Assembly (NCBI GenBank): GCA_964528605.1
Contig: CAZGSV010000007.1
Coordinates: 62 to 64,061 of the forward strand
Length of the DNA stretch: 64,000 nt
Source of the DNA: an uncultured Armatimonadia bacterium
GTDB lineage: Bacteria > Armatimonadota > Zipacnadia > CAZGSV01
Direction of reading: 5' to 3'
Translations under genes and position numbers: made by a program
Shown: positions 33,394-42,937 of the stretch, one piece after another
Position numbering within the stretch: the stretch's first letter is position 1
How the letters are laid out: every line of letters starts with the position of its first letter
The notes under the pieces: model-generated
Told to the model about the DNA's origin: nothing
The model's input: only the letters and a program-made list of their open reading frames with translations
Database searches by the model: none

Positions 33394-34641
33394 CTACTCG
33401 CCCTCGCCCACGATCCCCGCCGCCCGGGCCTTCCAATACACCCACACGTACCAGCCCTTGCTCACGCCGTCCGCGCCTTCCGCGTCAAAGCCTACCAGCC
33501 AGTCGCGCACCTTCTCATCGCCGCCCAGCCGGAGCACCGCCGTGCACAGGTGCGAGAAGACGTTGGTGTGCCGCGCCTGCGCCATCTCCAGCAGGCCCTC
33601 TTTCAGCGCCGCCCGCCGCTGGGGGTCTTTGTCGAACTTGATGAGCAACTCATATCCCGGCGCCGCCAATTCCCAGTCGTAGTCGGCCCAGGTGTGCTCC
33701 GCCACGCCCAACCTGCAACAGTGAACCGACCGGTAGAGGTAATCCTGGTCGCTGGCGTGCTGCTCGTACGCGTCCGCAAAGCGCTCGTCAAAGGCGCACA
33801 ACTCGCCAACCTTCAAGTAGTGCAGGCCGTGCAGAGAGAAAAGCGGCTCCCGTGAGGACTCCAGAGAGCAATCGCCCCAATCAGTGACCGTGCCGTCAGC
33901 CTCTGTGATGCGCATTCCGTACTTCAACATGCGGCCCAACACGCGCCGTACCAGGGCAGAGGCAAGACGGCGATCCTCGCCCTCGGCGCACAGCATCACG
34001 TAGTCCCCCAGGCCGGTTAGGTACCACGTCATCTCGTCCGTGCTCACATTGCCGAGCCACCGATACTCCTCGCCCTGGTGCCAGTAGTCCTGGAGCCAAT
34101 CGTTCTCGTCGTCACCGGGCCCTTGCATCCGCTTGTACTGCCGTGAAGTAAGGCCGGGAACCCCCGTTACTCGCTCCAGCATCTCCAGCGCGCCCGTAAC
34201 CTGTCGTGCCCGCTCGCGTGCATTTGCCTCGCCCGTGACCGCCCACCGATGCGCAAGCGCCGACAGCAGGCAGCCGGTGCGATACCCGGCGTTGTCGTTC
34301 GTGTAACGCGCCTGCCCCGTGGGGTCCACCCGCTGAAAGATCACCAGGCCGTCCTGCAGGTGATAGGTGAATACCTGCTCCTCGCAGTACCGCGCCTTCT
34401 GCTCCAGGGGGCCGGGCCCGCTCGCGCCGGCGCCCGGCTGACTGTTGCCGGTCGCCACGCCGGACCGCGCGCAACACAGGCACATGCCCGCTATCAGCAG
34501 CAGGGATGTCGCCACCAGAATCCGTCCTCGCCTCAACCGCGCCGCCTCCACAAGCCGGGCGATCACGGTAATGCCCCGTCTCGGGCGCCGAGCGGGTCTC
34601 CACGCCCACCATACGCCAGGGGGCGACATGCGAAGCGCCAA
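33394..34641 (-). CDS. Uncharacterised protein, paralog 2 of tandem triplet A (with signal peptide)
   Basis: Same motifs as paralog 1. Likely start GTG 34566 ahead of 'RRGRILVATSLLLIAGMCLCCA'. Confidence 0.7.
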   Translation of the reverse strand: MALRMSPPGVWWAWRPARRPRRGITVIARLVEAARLRRGRILVATSLLLIAGMCLCCARSGVATGNSQPGAGASGPGPLEQKARYCEEQVFTYHLQDGLVIFQRVDPTGQARYTNDNAGYRTGCLLSALAHRWAVTGEANARERARQVTGALEMLERVTGVPGLTSRQYKRMQGPGDDENDWLQDYWHQGEEYRWLGNVSTDEMTWYLTGLGDYVMLCAEGEDRRLASALVRRVLGRMLKYGMRITEADGTVTDWGDCSLESSREPLFSLHGLHYLKVGELCAFDERFADAYEQHASDQDYLYRSVHCCRLGVAEHTWADYDWELAAPGYELLIKFDKDPQRRAALKEGLLEMAQARHTNVFSHLCTAVLRLGGDEKVRDWLVGFDAEGADGVSKGWYVWVYWKARAAGIVGEGE

Positions 34642-34701
34642 TCTCCTAAACCGGTGCGAAGCACTTACCCTACGACCACAGGCAGCGAGGGCCAGGGGGG
34701 C

Positions 34702-35805
34702 CTAGTCGTTCTCCGTAATGATGCCGGCCGCGCGCGCCTTCCAGTAGACCCAGTGATACCAGCCCTTGTCTATGCCGTTATCCCGCGTGTCGAAGTTGGT
34801 CAGCCACTCGCGCACCTTGTCCGCGCCGCCCAGACCAAGAATCGCCGCGCACAAGTGAGGAAACACGTTGCAGTCAGGGGCCGCCGTCATCTCCAGCACG
34901 CCCTGCTTCAGCGTGTCGCGCCGACGTGGGTCCTTATCGAACTTGATGACCCTCTCGAAATCCGGCGCCGCCAGTTGCCAGTCATAGGTGGCCCACTGTC
35001 TCGCGGCCGCACCCAACTTGTAGCAGTGCACCGCCGTGTCCAGATACACTTCGTCGGCCACATACTCCTCATAGGCGTCCGCAAACCGCTCCTCCAGGCC
35101 AAACGCCTCGCCGGCCTTCAGGTAGGCGAGCCCGTGCAGGCAGAAGATGGGCTCCTTCGGGGTCGAGCGCGAGCAGTCACCCCAGGTAGTCGTGGTGCCG
35201 TCCGCGTAGCAGATTCGCATCCCGTGATCGAGCATGCGCCCAACGACGCGCCGTACCGTGCCCGAGGCGCGGCGCCGGTGCTCTCCCTCCGCGCACAAGC
35301 CCACGTAGTCGCCCAGCCCGGTCAGATACCAGGTCATCTCGTCCGTGCTAACGTTGTCCTGCCAGCGGTATAGGCCCACCTGATGCCACTTGTCCTCCAG
35401 CCATCCCGCCTCGTCCTGTCCGGGGCCCTGCATCATCTTGTACTGCCGCGTGGTCATCCCCGGAACACCGGTGATCTGCTCCAGCATCCCCACCGCCGCC
35501 GCCACCTGATGCGCGCGCTGACGCACCTTCAAGTCCGCCGTCAGGCTCCACTTGTGCGCGAGCGAGGACAGCAAGCAACCGGTGCGGTAACCCGAGTTCT
35601 CGTTCGTGTAGCGGACCTTCCCGGTCGGGTCCACTCGCTGCCCAATCAGCAGCCCGTCCTGCAAGTGATAGGCGAAGATGTCATCCTCGCACTGCTCCGC
35701 CTTGTCGCGAAAGGCCGGCACCTCGCTCACCTCTCTTGTAGTCCATCCCGCACTTCCAGTCTTGCGGGGCGCCTGAGTCTGCACGAAAGGGGCGCCACGC
35801 GTCAA
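34702..35805 (-). CDS. Uncharacterised protein, paralog 3 of tandem triplet A
   Basis: Same motifs; the start is uncertain and probably shorter than the track ORF. Confidence 0.7.
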   Translation of the reverse strand: MTRGAPFVQTQAPRKTGSAGWTTREVSEVPAFRDKAEQCEDDIFAYHLQDGLLIGQRVDPTGKVRYTNENSGYRTGCLLSSLAHKWSLTADLKVRQRAHQVAAAVGMLEQITGVPGMTTRQYKMMQGPGQDEAGWLEDKWHQVGLYRWQDNVSTDEMTWYLTGLGDYVGLCAEGEHRRRASGTVRRVVGRMLDHGMRICYADGTTTTWGDCSRSTPKEPIFCLHGLAYLKAGEAFGLEERFADAYEEYVADEVYLDTAVHCYKLGAAARQWATYDWQLAAPDFERVIKFDKDPRRRDTLKQGVLEMTAAPDCNVFPHLCAAILGLGGADKVREWLTNFDTRDNGIDKGWYHWVYWKARAAGIITEND

Positions 35806-35835
35806 ACGGCCCGCCGACCTGCGCGCGCGCCGCGC

Positions 35836-35864
35836 TGGTCAAGGCGCTCGCCTAACGGTACACT
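35836..35864 (+). promoter_or_regulatory. Putative sigma70 promoter for the lyase-like pair
   Basis: TGGTCA-N17-TACACT upstream of RBS GGAGG and ATG 35892. Confidence 0.35.
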
Positions 35865-35891
35865 GCCTGCCGCTCGACGGAGGTACACACG

Positions 35892-37118
35892 ATGGCATTG
35901 CGCGTTGCCTTGCTGACCCTGTGCGCCACCCTCGCGGGCCTCGGGCCCGCCTCGGCCGACAGCGTTTACCCGCTCACCGTTCTGCCGCCCGAACACAAGA
36001 CCATCACCGACCCTCTCACGGGCGCCCAGTTGCTCTTCGTGACCACCCACCCGGCCGAGGACCGCGCGCTCTACTTCCATCAGCGCTCCTTCCTCGCCGA
36101 CAACTCGGCAGTCATCTTTCACTCCTGGCGTCCCGACGGCGGCCTGTTCGCCTACCTGTTCGCCACCGGAGAACTCGTGCGCCTCGTCGGCCCCGAGGGC
36201 CGCCCCATGGGCCCAACCGCAGCCCGCGACGGCAGCCGCATTCTCGGCTACATCGGCCGCAAGGTCATCGAGTGGACGCTGGACGTCCAGTTGTCACCCG
36301 ACCTCAGCGCCGCGCCCTCCAAGGCCACAGCCACTGAGCGCGTCATCGCCACGCTGCCCGACTTCATGGGGCCGCACATGGAGGTCAACGAAAACTCCGA
36401 CGGCACGCTCCTCGCCGTCCCCGTGGACCTGAACGACAAGCCCCAACCTGACCGCGGCATAGCCATCGTCAACATTCGCACCGGTGACGTCCGCCTCCTC
36501 CGCGGCATCTGGCACGCCGGCCACATCCAGTTCAGCCGCCAAAGCCCCTATCTCCTCAGTTACGCGGGCATGAAGGAGCGGCTCTGGGTCATTGACCTCC
36601 GCGACGGCGAGCCGCGCCTCATCCATCCGGAGGCGCCGCGCGAACTGGTCGCGCATGAGTGCTGGTGGATCAACGACACCCTGACTTTCTGCGGCGGCTA
36701 CCGCAAGGGCGAGTCTCACGTGAAAGTCATTGACCCTCGGACGGGCGAGGTCCGCATCGTGGGACCGGGAGTCTGGGTTCCCTGGCGCGATCCCGGCGAC
36801 GACGTGCTCAACCGCTGGAACTGGTGGCACGCCGCTGGCTACCAGGGCGGCGCCTGGATCGTCGCCGACAACTGGTACGGCGACCTCGTCCTCTTCGACG
36901 GCCACACCACCCAGATGCGGCGCCTCACGCTAGGCCATCGCAAGTACGGCCTGGGGCAGCACCCCGAGCCCGGCTGGGATCGCACGGGCAGAAAGATCGT
37001 ATTCTCCTCGCAGATGCTCGGGCCCTCCGACGTCTGCGTGGCCACCATCCCCGACTCCTGGCAGCCTGATGCCGCCGACGAAGGCTTCTTCGTGCAATCC
37101 CTCTCTCGCCAGTGGTGA
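35892..37118 (+). CDS. Secreted oligogalacturonate lyase (PL22/Ogl)-like beta-propeller, paralog 1
   Basis: Signal peptide; 'TDPLTGAQLLFVT', 'LYFHQRSF', 'GHIQFS', 'HECW', 'WHA', 'HPEPGWD..G.KIVFSS'. Confidence 0.7.
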   Translation: MALRVALLTLCATLAGLGPASADSVYPLTVLPPEHKTITDPLTGAQLLFVTTHPAEDRALYFHQRSFLADNSAVIFHSWRPDGGLFAYLFATGELVRLVGPEGRPMGPTAARDGSRILGYIGRKVIEWTLDVQLSPDLSAAPSKATATERVIATLPDFMGPHMEVNENSDGTLLAVPVDLNDKPQPDRGIAIVNIRTGDVRLLRGIWHAGHIQFSRQSPYLLSYAGMKERLWVIDLRDGEPRLIHPEAPRELVAHECWWINDTLTFCGGYRKGESHVKVIDPRTGEVRIVGPGVWVPWRDPGDDVLNRWNWWHAAGYQGGAWIVADNWYGDLVLFDGHTTQMRRLTLGHRKYGLGQHPEPGWDRTGRKIVFSSQMLGPSDVCVATIPDSWQPDAADEGFFVQSLSRQW

Positions 37119-37123
37119 GCCAT

Positions 37124-38326
37124 ATGAGGGCACTTCAGGCGATCCTGCTTGTGGGCATCTCGCTCGCCCTTGGCGCCGCGGCATTGGCACAAACCACTTA
37201 TCCTCTGGCCGTCTTTCCGCCCGAGCACAAGTTCGTCACGGACCCTCTGACCGGCGCCCAGTTGCTCTTCATAACCACCGATCCCGCCGAGGACCATAAT
37301 CTCTACTTTCACGAACGGTCCTTCCTGTCGGACAACTCCGCCGTCCTCTTCTACTCCAAACGCGCTCATGGCGGACTGATGGCCTACCTCTTCCAGACAG
37401 GGGAACTCGTGCGCCTCGTGACCCCACAGGGAGGGGTAGGGGGGGCGACCGCCGCCCGTGAGGGCAACCGCGTCTACGGCGTGCGCGGCGACCAGGTAAT
37501 CGAACTCACCCTTCATCTCGAACCTTCACCCGACCCAAGCCGCGGCCCCTCGAAGGTCACCGCCACCGAGCGCGTGATCTGCACCTTGCCCCAGGGGATG
37601 GGGCTGGGCACCGCCCTCAACGAAAACTCGGACGGCACCTTGCTCGCGGCCTCCGCCGGCCCTGCCATCGTCGTCATCAACACTCGCACCGGGGAGATTC
37701 GCGAAGTCTGTCAGGTCGAGCACGCCGGCCACGTCCAATTCTCGCGCCAGTCTCCGTACCTGCTGAGTTTCGCCGGTAGGAACGACCGTCTCTGGGTCGT
37801 GGACGTCCGCCGGGGCAAGCCCCGCTGCATCCACCACCAAGCGCCGGACGAACTGGTGACGCACGAGTGCTGGTGGATCAACGACACGCTCACCTTCTGC
37901 GGCGGCTATCGCGACAAGGAGTCCGACGTCAAGGTCATTGACCCGCGCACCGGCGAGATCCGCATTGTAGGCGTGGGCGCCTGGGTGCCCTTTCGCTCCC
38001 CGGGCGAGGATGTGCTCGACCGCTGGAACTGGTGGCACGCCGCTGGCTTCGAAGGCGGCGGCTGGATAGTCGCCGACAACTGGTACGGCGACCTCGTGCT
38101 GTTCGATCCTCTCACCACCCAGATGCACCGCCTCACCTTGGGCCATCGCAAGTATGGCGCCGGCACCCACCCCGAGCCCGGCTGGGACCGAACCGGCACC
38201 AAGATAGTGTTTAACTCCCAGATGCTCGGCCCTGCGGACGTCTGCGTCGTGACCGTACCGGACACCTGGCAGGCCGATCCGGGAGACGAGGGCTTCGTCG
38301 TCAAATCTCTCTCCCGCGACTGGTAA
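37124..38326 (+). CDS. Secreted oligogalacturonate lyase (PL22/Ogl)-like beta-propeller, paralog 2
   Basis: Signal peptide and the same motifs; shares the C-terminal 'EGF.V.SLSR.W'. Confidence 0.7.
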   Translation: MRALQAILLVGISLALGAAALAQTTYPLAVFPPEHKFVTDPLTGAQLLFITTDPAEDHNLYFHERSFLSDNSAVLFYSKRAHGGLMAYLFQTGELVRLVTPQGGVGGATAAREGNRVYGVRGDQVIELTLHLEPSPDPSRGPSKVTATERVICTLPQGMGLGTALNENSDGTLLAASAGPAIVVINTRTGEIREVCQVEHAGHVQFSRQSPYLLSFAGRNDRLWVVDVRRGKPRCIHHQAPDELVTHECWWINDTLTFCGGYRDKESDVKVIDPRTGEIRIVGVGAWVPFRSPGEDVLDRWNWWHAAGFEGGGWIVADNWYGDLVLFDPLTTQMHRLTLGHRKYGAGTHPEPGWDRTGTKIVFNSQMLGPADVCVVTVPDTWQADPGDEGFVVKSLSRDW

Positions 38327-38340
38327 CCATTCCCCGGACC

Positions 38341-38399
38341 CGTAGGGGACGGCCGCCTGGTTTACCCGCCGAAGGAGGGCCGTCCCGCAATCCTGTACG
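38341..38399 (+). repeat. GTAG-headed palindromic (REP-like) element, copy A
   Basis: CGTAGGGGACGGCCGCCTGG + 19-nt insert + CCGTCCCGCAATCCTGTACG; matches 41217-41256 with one substitution apart from the insert. Confidence 0.7.
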
Positions 38400-38563
38400 T
38401 GCCCCGCCTTTGGCGGGGCGACACACTCGATCACCCGGCCAACGGCCGGGCGACACCCGCCCATCCGGCCCCACTCCGACCTCGCACCTGCCCACTCCGC
38501 GCGCTACAATCGCGGCCAGTGCCCGGTCGCCCGGCTTTGCCCGACGACAAGGGGTGAATGGTC

Positions 38564-39628
38564 ATGCCCAGGATGCTGCAGAAGAGGTCCGCCAAGGCCG
38601 GCCTGCCGCCGGGAGCCCTGATTCACATCGGCGAGAAGAAGAGCGACACCACCAAGATCACCGTCATGGCCTACGACGCCGAGCGCCTCGAGCAGGCGCA
38701 CCTACAGACCGCCGACGAGTGTCTGCTCTTTCGCAAGCCCGGCAGGGTCACCTGGACCAACGTGGACGGCCTCCACGAGGTCGCGCTGCTCGGGAAACTA
38801 GGCGAGTGCTTCGGCCTGCACCCGCTGGTCCTGGAAGACATCCTCAACACCGATCAGCGCCCCAAGGTGGAGGACTTCGGGGACTACGTGTACATCGTGC
38901 TCAAGATGCTCTACCAGGACAAGGCCGAGAACGAGATTGTCGCCGAGCAAGTCAGCCTGGTGCTGGGCGCTGATTTCCTGCTCTGCTTTCAGGAGGCGGA
39001 GGGCGATGTCTTCGACCTCATCAGGGAACGCATCAGGACCGGCAAAGGCCGCCTGCGGGAGTTCGGCGCCGACTACCTGATGCATGCGCTGCTTGACGCC
39101 GTCGTGGACGGCTACTACAGCGTGCTCGAGGAGCTGGGAGAGGAGATCGAACTGCTCCAAGAAAGCGTGGTCGCCAGTCCTACTCGCGAGACGCTGGAGG
39201 CCATTCACCAGTTGAAGACGGAGATGCTGTTCGTCCGCCGGTGCATCTGGCCCCTGCGCGAGGTGGTCGCGAGCCTCGAGCGCAGAGAGTCACCGCTGAT
39301 TCAGGAAGCCACCGACGCCTACCTCAGGGACGTCTTCGACCACGTCGTGCAGGTGGTCGACACCATAGAGACATTCCGCGAGATGCTCTCCGGCATGCTC
39401 GACATCTATCTCTCCAGCGTCAGCAACCGCATGAACGAGGTGATGAAGGTCCTCACCATTATCGCTACCATCTTCATGCCGCTGACGTTCCTGGCCGGCC
39501 TCTACGGCATGAACTTCGACTACATGCCCGAACTGAGGTGGCGTTACGGCTATCCGCTGCTCTTGATCGTCATGGCCTCCGTTGCCGCCGGCATGGTCGC
39601 CTACTTCCGAAAGCGGCAATGGATATAG
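38564..39628 (+). CDS. corA: Magnesium/cobalt transporter CorA
   Basis: 'GLPPGALIHIG', 'LHPLVLEDILNTDQRPK', 'MNEVMKVLTII', 'YGMNF..MPEL'. Confidence 0.96.
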   Translation: MPRMLQKRSAKAGLPPGALIHIGEKKSDTTKITVMAYDAERLEQAHLQTADECLLFRKPGRVTWTNVDGLHEVALLGKLGECFGLHPLVLEDILNTDQRPKVEDFGDYVYIVLKMLYQDKAENEIVAEQVSLVLGADFLLCFQEAEGDVFDLIRERIRTGKGRLREFGADYLMHALLDAVVDGYYSVLEELGEEIELLQESVVASPTRETLEAIHQLKTEMLFVRRCIWPLREVVASLERRESPLIQEATDAYLRDVFDHVVQVVDTIETFREMLSGMLDIYLSSVSNRMNEVMKVLTIIATIFMPLTFLAGLYGMNFDYMPELRWRYGYPLLLIVMASVAAGMVAYFRKRQWI

Positions 39629-39736
39629 CGGGGCAGCGAGCGAGCATCGCTGCGCTTGAATCCATCTGCCGTGCCTCGCCGCTGCACGGTGCGAGCGGAG
39701 ACGCGCACTCTCATCGCCTAATCTCGGGCGCCCGCG

Positions 39737-41170
39737 TTGTCTAACCTCGACCTCGCCATCATTCTGGCCTACATCGGGCTGCTCGCGGTCCTGGGCACCG
39801 CCGCCCGCTCCAAAAGCGTCTCCGTGGAGGAATACGCCCTCGCCGGGCGCAACGTGCGTTGGTGGATGGCGGCCATCACCATCTTCACCGCGGACCTGTC
39901 CGCCATTAGCCTGCTCGGTTCTCCCGCTTGGACCTTCCAGAAGGACCTGGGCCTCGCGTTCGGCCTGGTCATCTTCCCCTTTGCCGCCGTTGCGGTGGCA
40001 ATGACCCTAATCCCGGCCATCGTGCGCCGCGGCACCGTGTCCGTCTATGAGTACTTGGAGCGGCGGTTCAACCGATCCGCACGGCGCTTCGGCGCGGCCA
40101 TCTTCCTCCTTCTCAGAGGCGGCTGGGCGGCGACCGCGGTCTACGCCACGGCGCTCGCGCTCGCGGAAACCACCTCCTTGCCGCGTCCGGCGGCCACGCT
40201 GCTCTTGGGCGCGGCAACCACGGGATACGTCTTCCTGGGCGGCGCGCGCAGCGTCGTGTGGGTGGGGATTGCGCAGTTCGCCGTCATGCTCATGGCCCTC
40301 ACCTCGATCGCAGGGGCCGTCACGCACGTGAGCAACGGCAATCTGCACGCGCTCTGGCAGGCTGCAGCCCTGGGCGGACATACCCGCTTCGCCGACCTGA
40401 GCCTGTCGCCTTTCCAAGAGGTCACCATATGGGGCGTCACCGTCTACATCATGGTCTACTCCGTCACCGCCTTCGGCACCGACCAGGCTCTGGCGCAGCG
40501 GTATCTGGCGACACCCTCGAGACCCGCGATGCTCAAGGCGATGTTGGGCAACGCCGCCTTGAGCCTGCCTCTCGGCGGCGCGATGTACCTTCTCGGCACG
40601 CTGCTGGCCGGCTACTATGCCTTGCAGCCGGCTCTGAGCGCGTCTCTGACCGAACCGTCGCGTGTGCTGCCACACTTCGTGGCGCACGCGCTGCCGAGTG
40701 GGCTGCGCGGTATGGTGATGGCGGGCGTGTTCGGGGCCACGCTCGCGAGTGTCTCAGCAGGCCTGAACGCGCTCGCCACCTCCACCATCGTGGACTTCAC
40801 CCGGGGCGGAGCGGAGCAGCGCCGCGTCTCTCTCATTCGCCTGGCGACCGTAGCCTGGGGCATCGGCGTCTCAGCCGCCGCGCTTTCCCTCGGACGCCTG
40901 GGCGCCATTCTGGAGATCGCCGGCAAGATCAACGGCTACTTCGCAGGCCCGCTGGCGGGCCTCTTCCTGCTCGGACTCACCTGCCGTCGCGCGCATGCCT
41001 GGCACGCCATTCTGGCCTGCCTGCTCGGCGCGGCCACCACCTTCTCTATCGCCTACCTGCGCGTATCCTGGCTCTGGTACGGCGCGGTCGGCTGCACCGC
41101 CACCCTGTCGCTGGGCTGGGCCCTGGCCCTCCTCTTCCCAGGCCAGCGTGACGCCCCGGATCATCCCTGA
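39737..41170 (+). CDS. Sodium:solute symporter (SSS) family transporter
   Basis: 'EEYALAGRNV.WW', 'SAISLLG.P', 'SVYEYLERRF', 'FGTDQ..AQRYL', 'SAGLNALAT'. TTG start. Confidence 0.9.
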   Translation: MSNLDLAIILAYIGLLAVLGTAARSKSVSVEEYALAGRNVRWWMAAITIFTADLSAISLLGSPAWTFQKDLGLAFGLVIFPFAAVAVAMTLIPAIVRRGTVSVYEYLERRFNRSARRFGAAIFLLLRGGWAATAVYATALALAETTSLPRPAATLLLGAATTGYVFLGGARSVVWVGIAQFAVMLMALTSIAGAVTHVSNGNLHALWQAAALGGHTRFADLSLSPFQEVTIWGVTVYIMVYSVTAFGTDQALAQRYLATPSRPAMLKAMLGNAALSLPLGGAMYLLGTLLAGYYALQPALSASLTEPSRVLPHFVAHALPSGLRGMVMAGVFGATLASVSAGLNALATSTIVDFTRGGAEQRRVSLIRLATVAWGIGVSAAALSLGRLGAILEIAGKINGYFAGPLAGLFLLGLTCRRAHAWHAILACLLGAATTFSIAYLRVSWLWYGAVGCTATLSLGWALALLFPGQRDAPDHP

Positions 41171-41198
41171 CCTCCCGCCCCGCCACCGACGGGCCGAC

Positions 41199-41277
41199 GT
41201 AGGGGCACTCGGCCTCCGTAGGGGACGGCCGCCTGGCCGTCCCGCAGTCCTGTACGGGCGGCCCCGTGTGGTCGCCC
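41199..41277 (+). repeat. Cluster of GTAG/GTAC-headed REP-like palindromes, including copy B
   Basis: GTAGGGGCAC..., CGTAGGGGACGGCCGCCTGGCCGTCCCGCAGTCCTGTACG, GTACGGGCGGCC-CCGTGT-GGTCGCCC between convergent genes. Confidence 0.65.
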
Positions 41278-41340
41278 TCGCTTGCGCATCCTCCCTGACC
41301 GTGGTCGGGCGGCGGTGCTGCTTCTGGCGCCTTCCCTGCC

Positions 41341-41976
41341 TCAGACCGGCCGCTTCACCGTCACGCGAATGATGCGCACGCAATGGTGCGCGTCGTGGCG
41401 CCCGTTGACGAAGTCCGACTGGTCCATGATCATCTGACTGCCGGCCATGAGGGTTATCTTCTTGGCCTCCGGCACCTTGAAGGAGGCGCAACTCATCCCG
41501 GCGTCGAGGTAACCCTCGTCAATCCCCTTCCGCCACGGCTCGATCCGAATGTGCTTGCCCCACAGGCCGTCTATGCGCATCTTCACGCCGCTGCGCGGAT
41601 ACTTCCACTCCAGCGGCTCCGCGAACAGGAGCACGAAGCCGGGCGGCACGCACGCGCTGCCGATGACGTCCACGCCCACGATGGGCTCGTCCTCGACGAA
41701 GGTAATGGCGCCGTAAGGTGGCACGTCCAACTCCACACCGTCGGTGTTGAACTCCGCACCTACGTACGGGTCGGTGCGGCCGAGTTCCACGCAGAAGTTG
41801 GGGTAGTTGAAGGGCGCCCAATACTCGTAGACCACCGGCGTGTAGGCGGTGCGCGTCTGCGGCGTGCCCGCCTCCGCCATGGTCTCTACCTCTTGCTCGA
41901 CCTCCGTCATCTCCCGGGGGTGATCCACGCGGAACGGGTTCTTGAGGATGGTCCTTTCGATCTTCGCCATACCCAT
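41341..41976 (-). CDS. Hypothetical protein (about 210 aa)
   Basis: Strong GC3 codon bias from ATG 41976/41970 (RBS AAGGGAG); no family recognised. Confidence 0.65.
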   Translation of the reverse strand: MGMAKIERTILKNPFRVDHPREMTEVEQEVETMAEAGTPQTRTAYTPVVYEYWAPFNYPNFCVELGRTDPYVGAEFNTDGVELDVPPYGAITFVEDEPIVGVDVIGSACVPPGFVLLFAEPLEWKYPRSGVKMRIDGLWGKHIRIEPWRKGIDEGYLDAGMSCASFKVPEAKKITLMAGSQMIMDQSDFVNGRHDAHHCVRIIRVTVKRPV

Positions 41977-42205
41977 GTCACGCTCCCTTGATTGGATTGG
42001 CCCTCCCTTATACTTCCGCGCCCACCCGCCGTCCAGTGTGATGTTTCCGTTGTTCGCCGCCATGACAACCCGACTGTTGACCGCCCCCACGCGAACGATT
42101 ACCTTAGCGCCCGTCCTCGCGGCCCTCTGCGCGAGGCGCAAGCGCTGCGGGTTCCGACACGCGGGCCCAGGCGGCGTTGGGCCCGGATAGACGGAGGTTG
42201 CTGGT

Positions 42206-42925
42206 ATGCGCAGGCAGAAGCCTTTGATAACAGCCCACCGGGGCCTTTCGGGACGTTACCCGGAGAACACGCTGCTGGCCTTCAGCCAGGCGCTCGAGTT
42301 CGGCCCGGACTTCATCGAGACCGACCTCTGGCGCACTAAGGACGGCGTGCTCGTCTGCATACACGATGAGAACCTGAAGCGAACCACCGATCGTGAGGGC
42401 GACGTGCCCGAGATGCTCTTCGAGGAAGTGCGGCAAGCGCGCTGCGCTGAAGGGGAGAAGGTTCCCAGCCTGCAAGAGGCCCTGGACGTGATAGGCGGCG
42501 CCGCCACCCTGAGCATCGAGATCAAGATGGCCGGCGTTGAAGATCAGGTCCTGGCCACCGTGCGGGCGCACCCGACCATGCGCCTCCGCTGCACGATAGA
42601 CTCCTTCAACTCCGATGTCGTGCGGCGCGCGCGCAGCCTGGCGCCCGAGTTGGCGGGAGAGTGGATCACTTCGCCGGGGCAGCCTCTGGAGGGGCAGTCT
42701 GCGCTGGAAGCAGTCCTGCGCGCGCTCCAGGTTAACGCGACGGTGCTCTCGGTCGCTCACGGTGCGACCACAGAGGAGCTCGTCTATCAAGCGCACCTGC
42801 GCGGCCTTGCGGTGTGCGCCTGGACCGTTAACGACGAGGCGCGCATGTTGGAGTTGGCAGGGATGGGTGTGGACCGCATCACGACCAACCGCTGCGACCT
42901 GGCGGCCTCACTGTTGCGCCGGTAG
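42206..42925 (+). CDS. Glycerophosphodiester phosphodiesterase (GDPD) family
   Basis: 'AHRG', 'PENT', 'IETD', 'IHD', 'IEIK', 'WTVND', 'ITTN'. Confidence 0.92.
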   Translation: MRRQKPLITAHRGLSGRYPENTLLAFSQALEFGPDFIETDLWRTKDGVLVCIHDENLKRTTDREGDVPEMLFEEVRQARCAEGEKVPSLQEALDVIGGAATLSIEIKMAGVEDQVLATVRAHPTMRLRCTIDSFNSDVVRRARSLAPELAGEWITSPGQPLEGQSALEAVLRALQVNATVLSVAHGATTEELVYQAHLRGLAVCAWTVNDEARMLELAGMGVDRITTNRCDLAASLLRR

Positions 42926-42937
42926 CGGTCGCCTTGC

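Noticed and set aside
2903-41170. Genome-wide TGA recoding (code 4/25) as the explanation for the in-frame TGAs
   Set aside because: TGA acts as an ordinary stop in many genes here, including ATGA/GTGA overlaps (2905, 8252, 14158, 19881) and complete conserved C-termini, so read-through must be site-specific.
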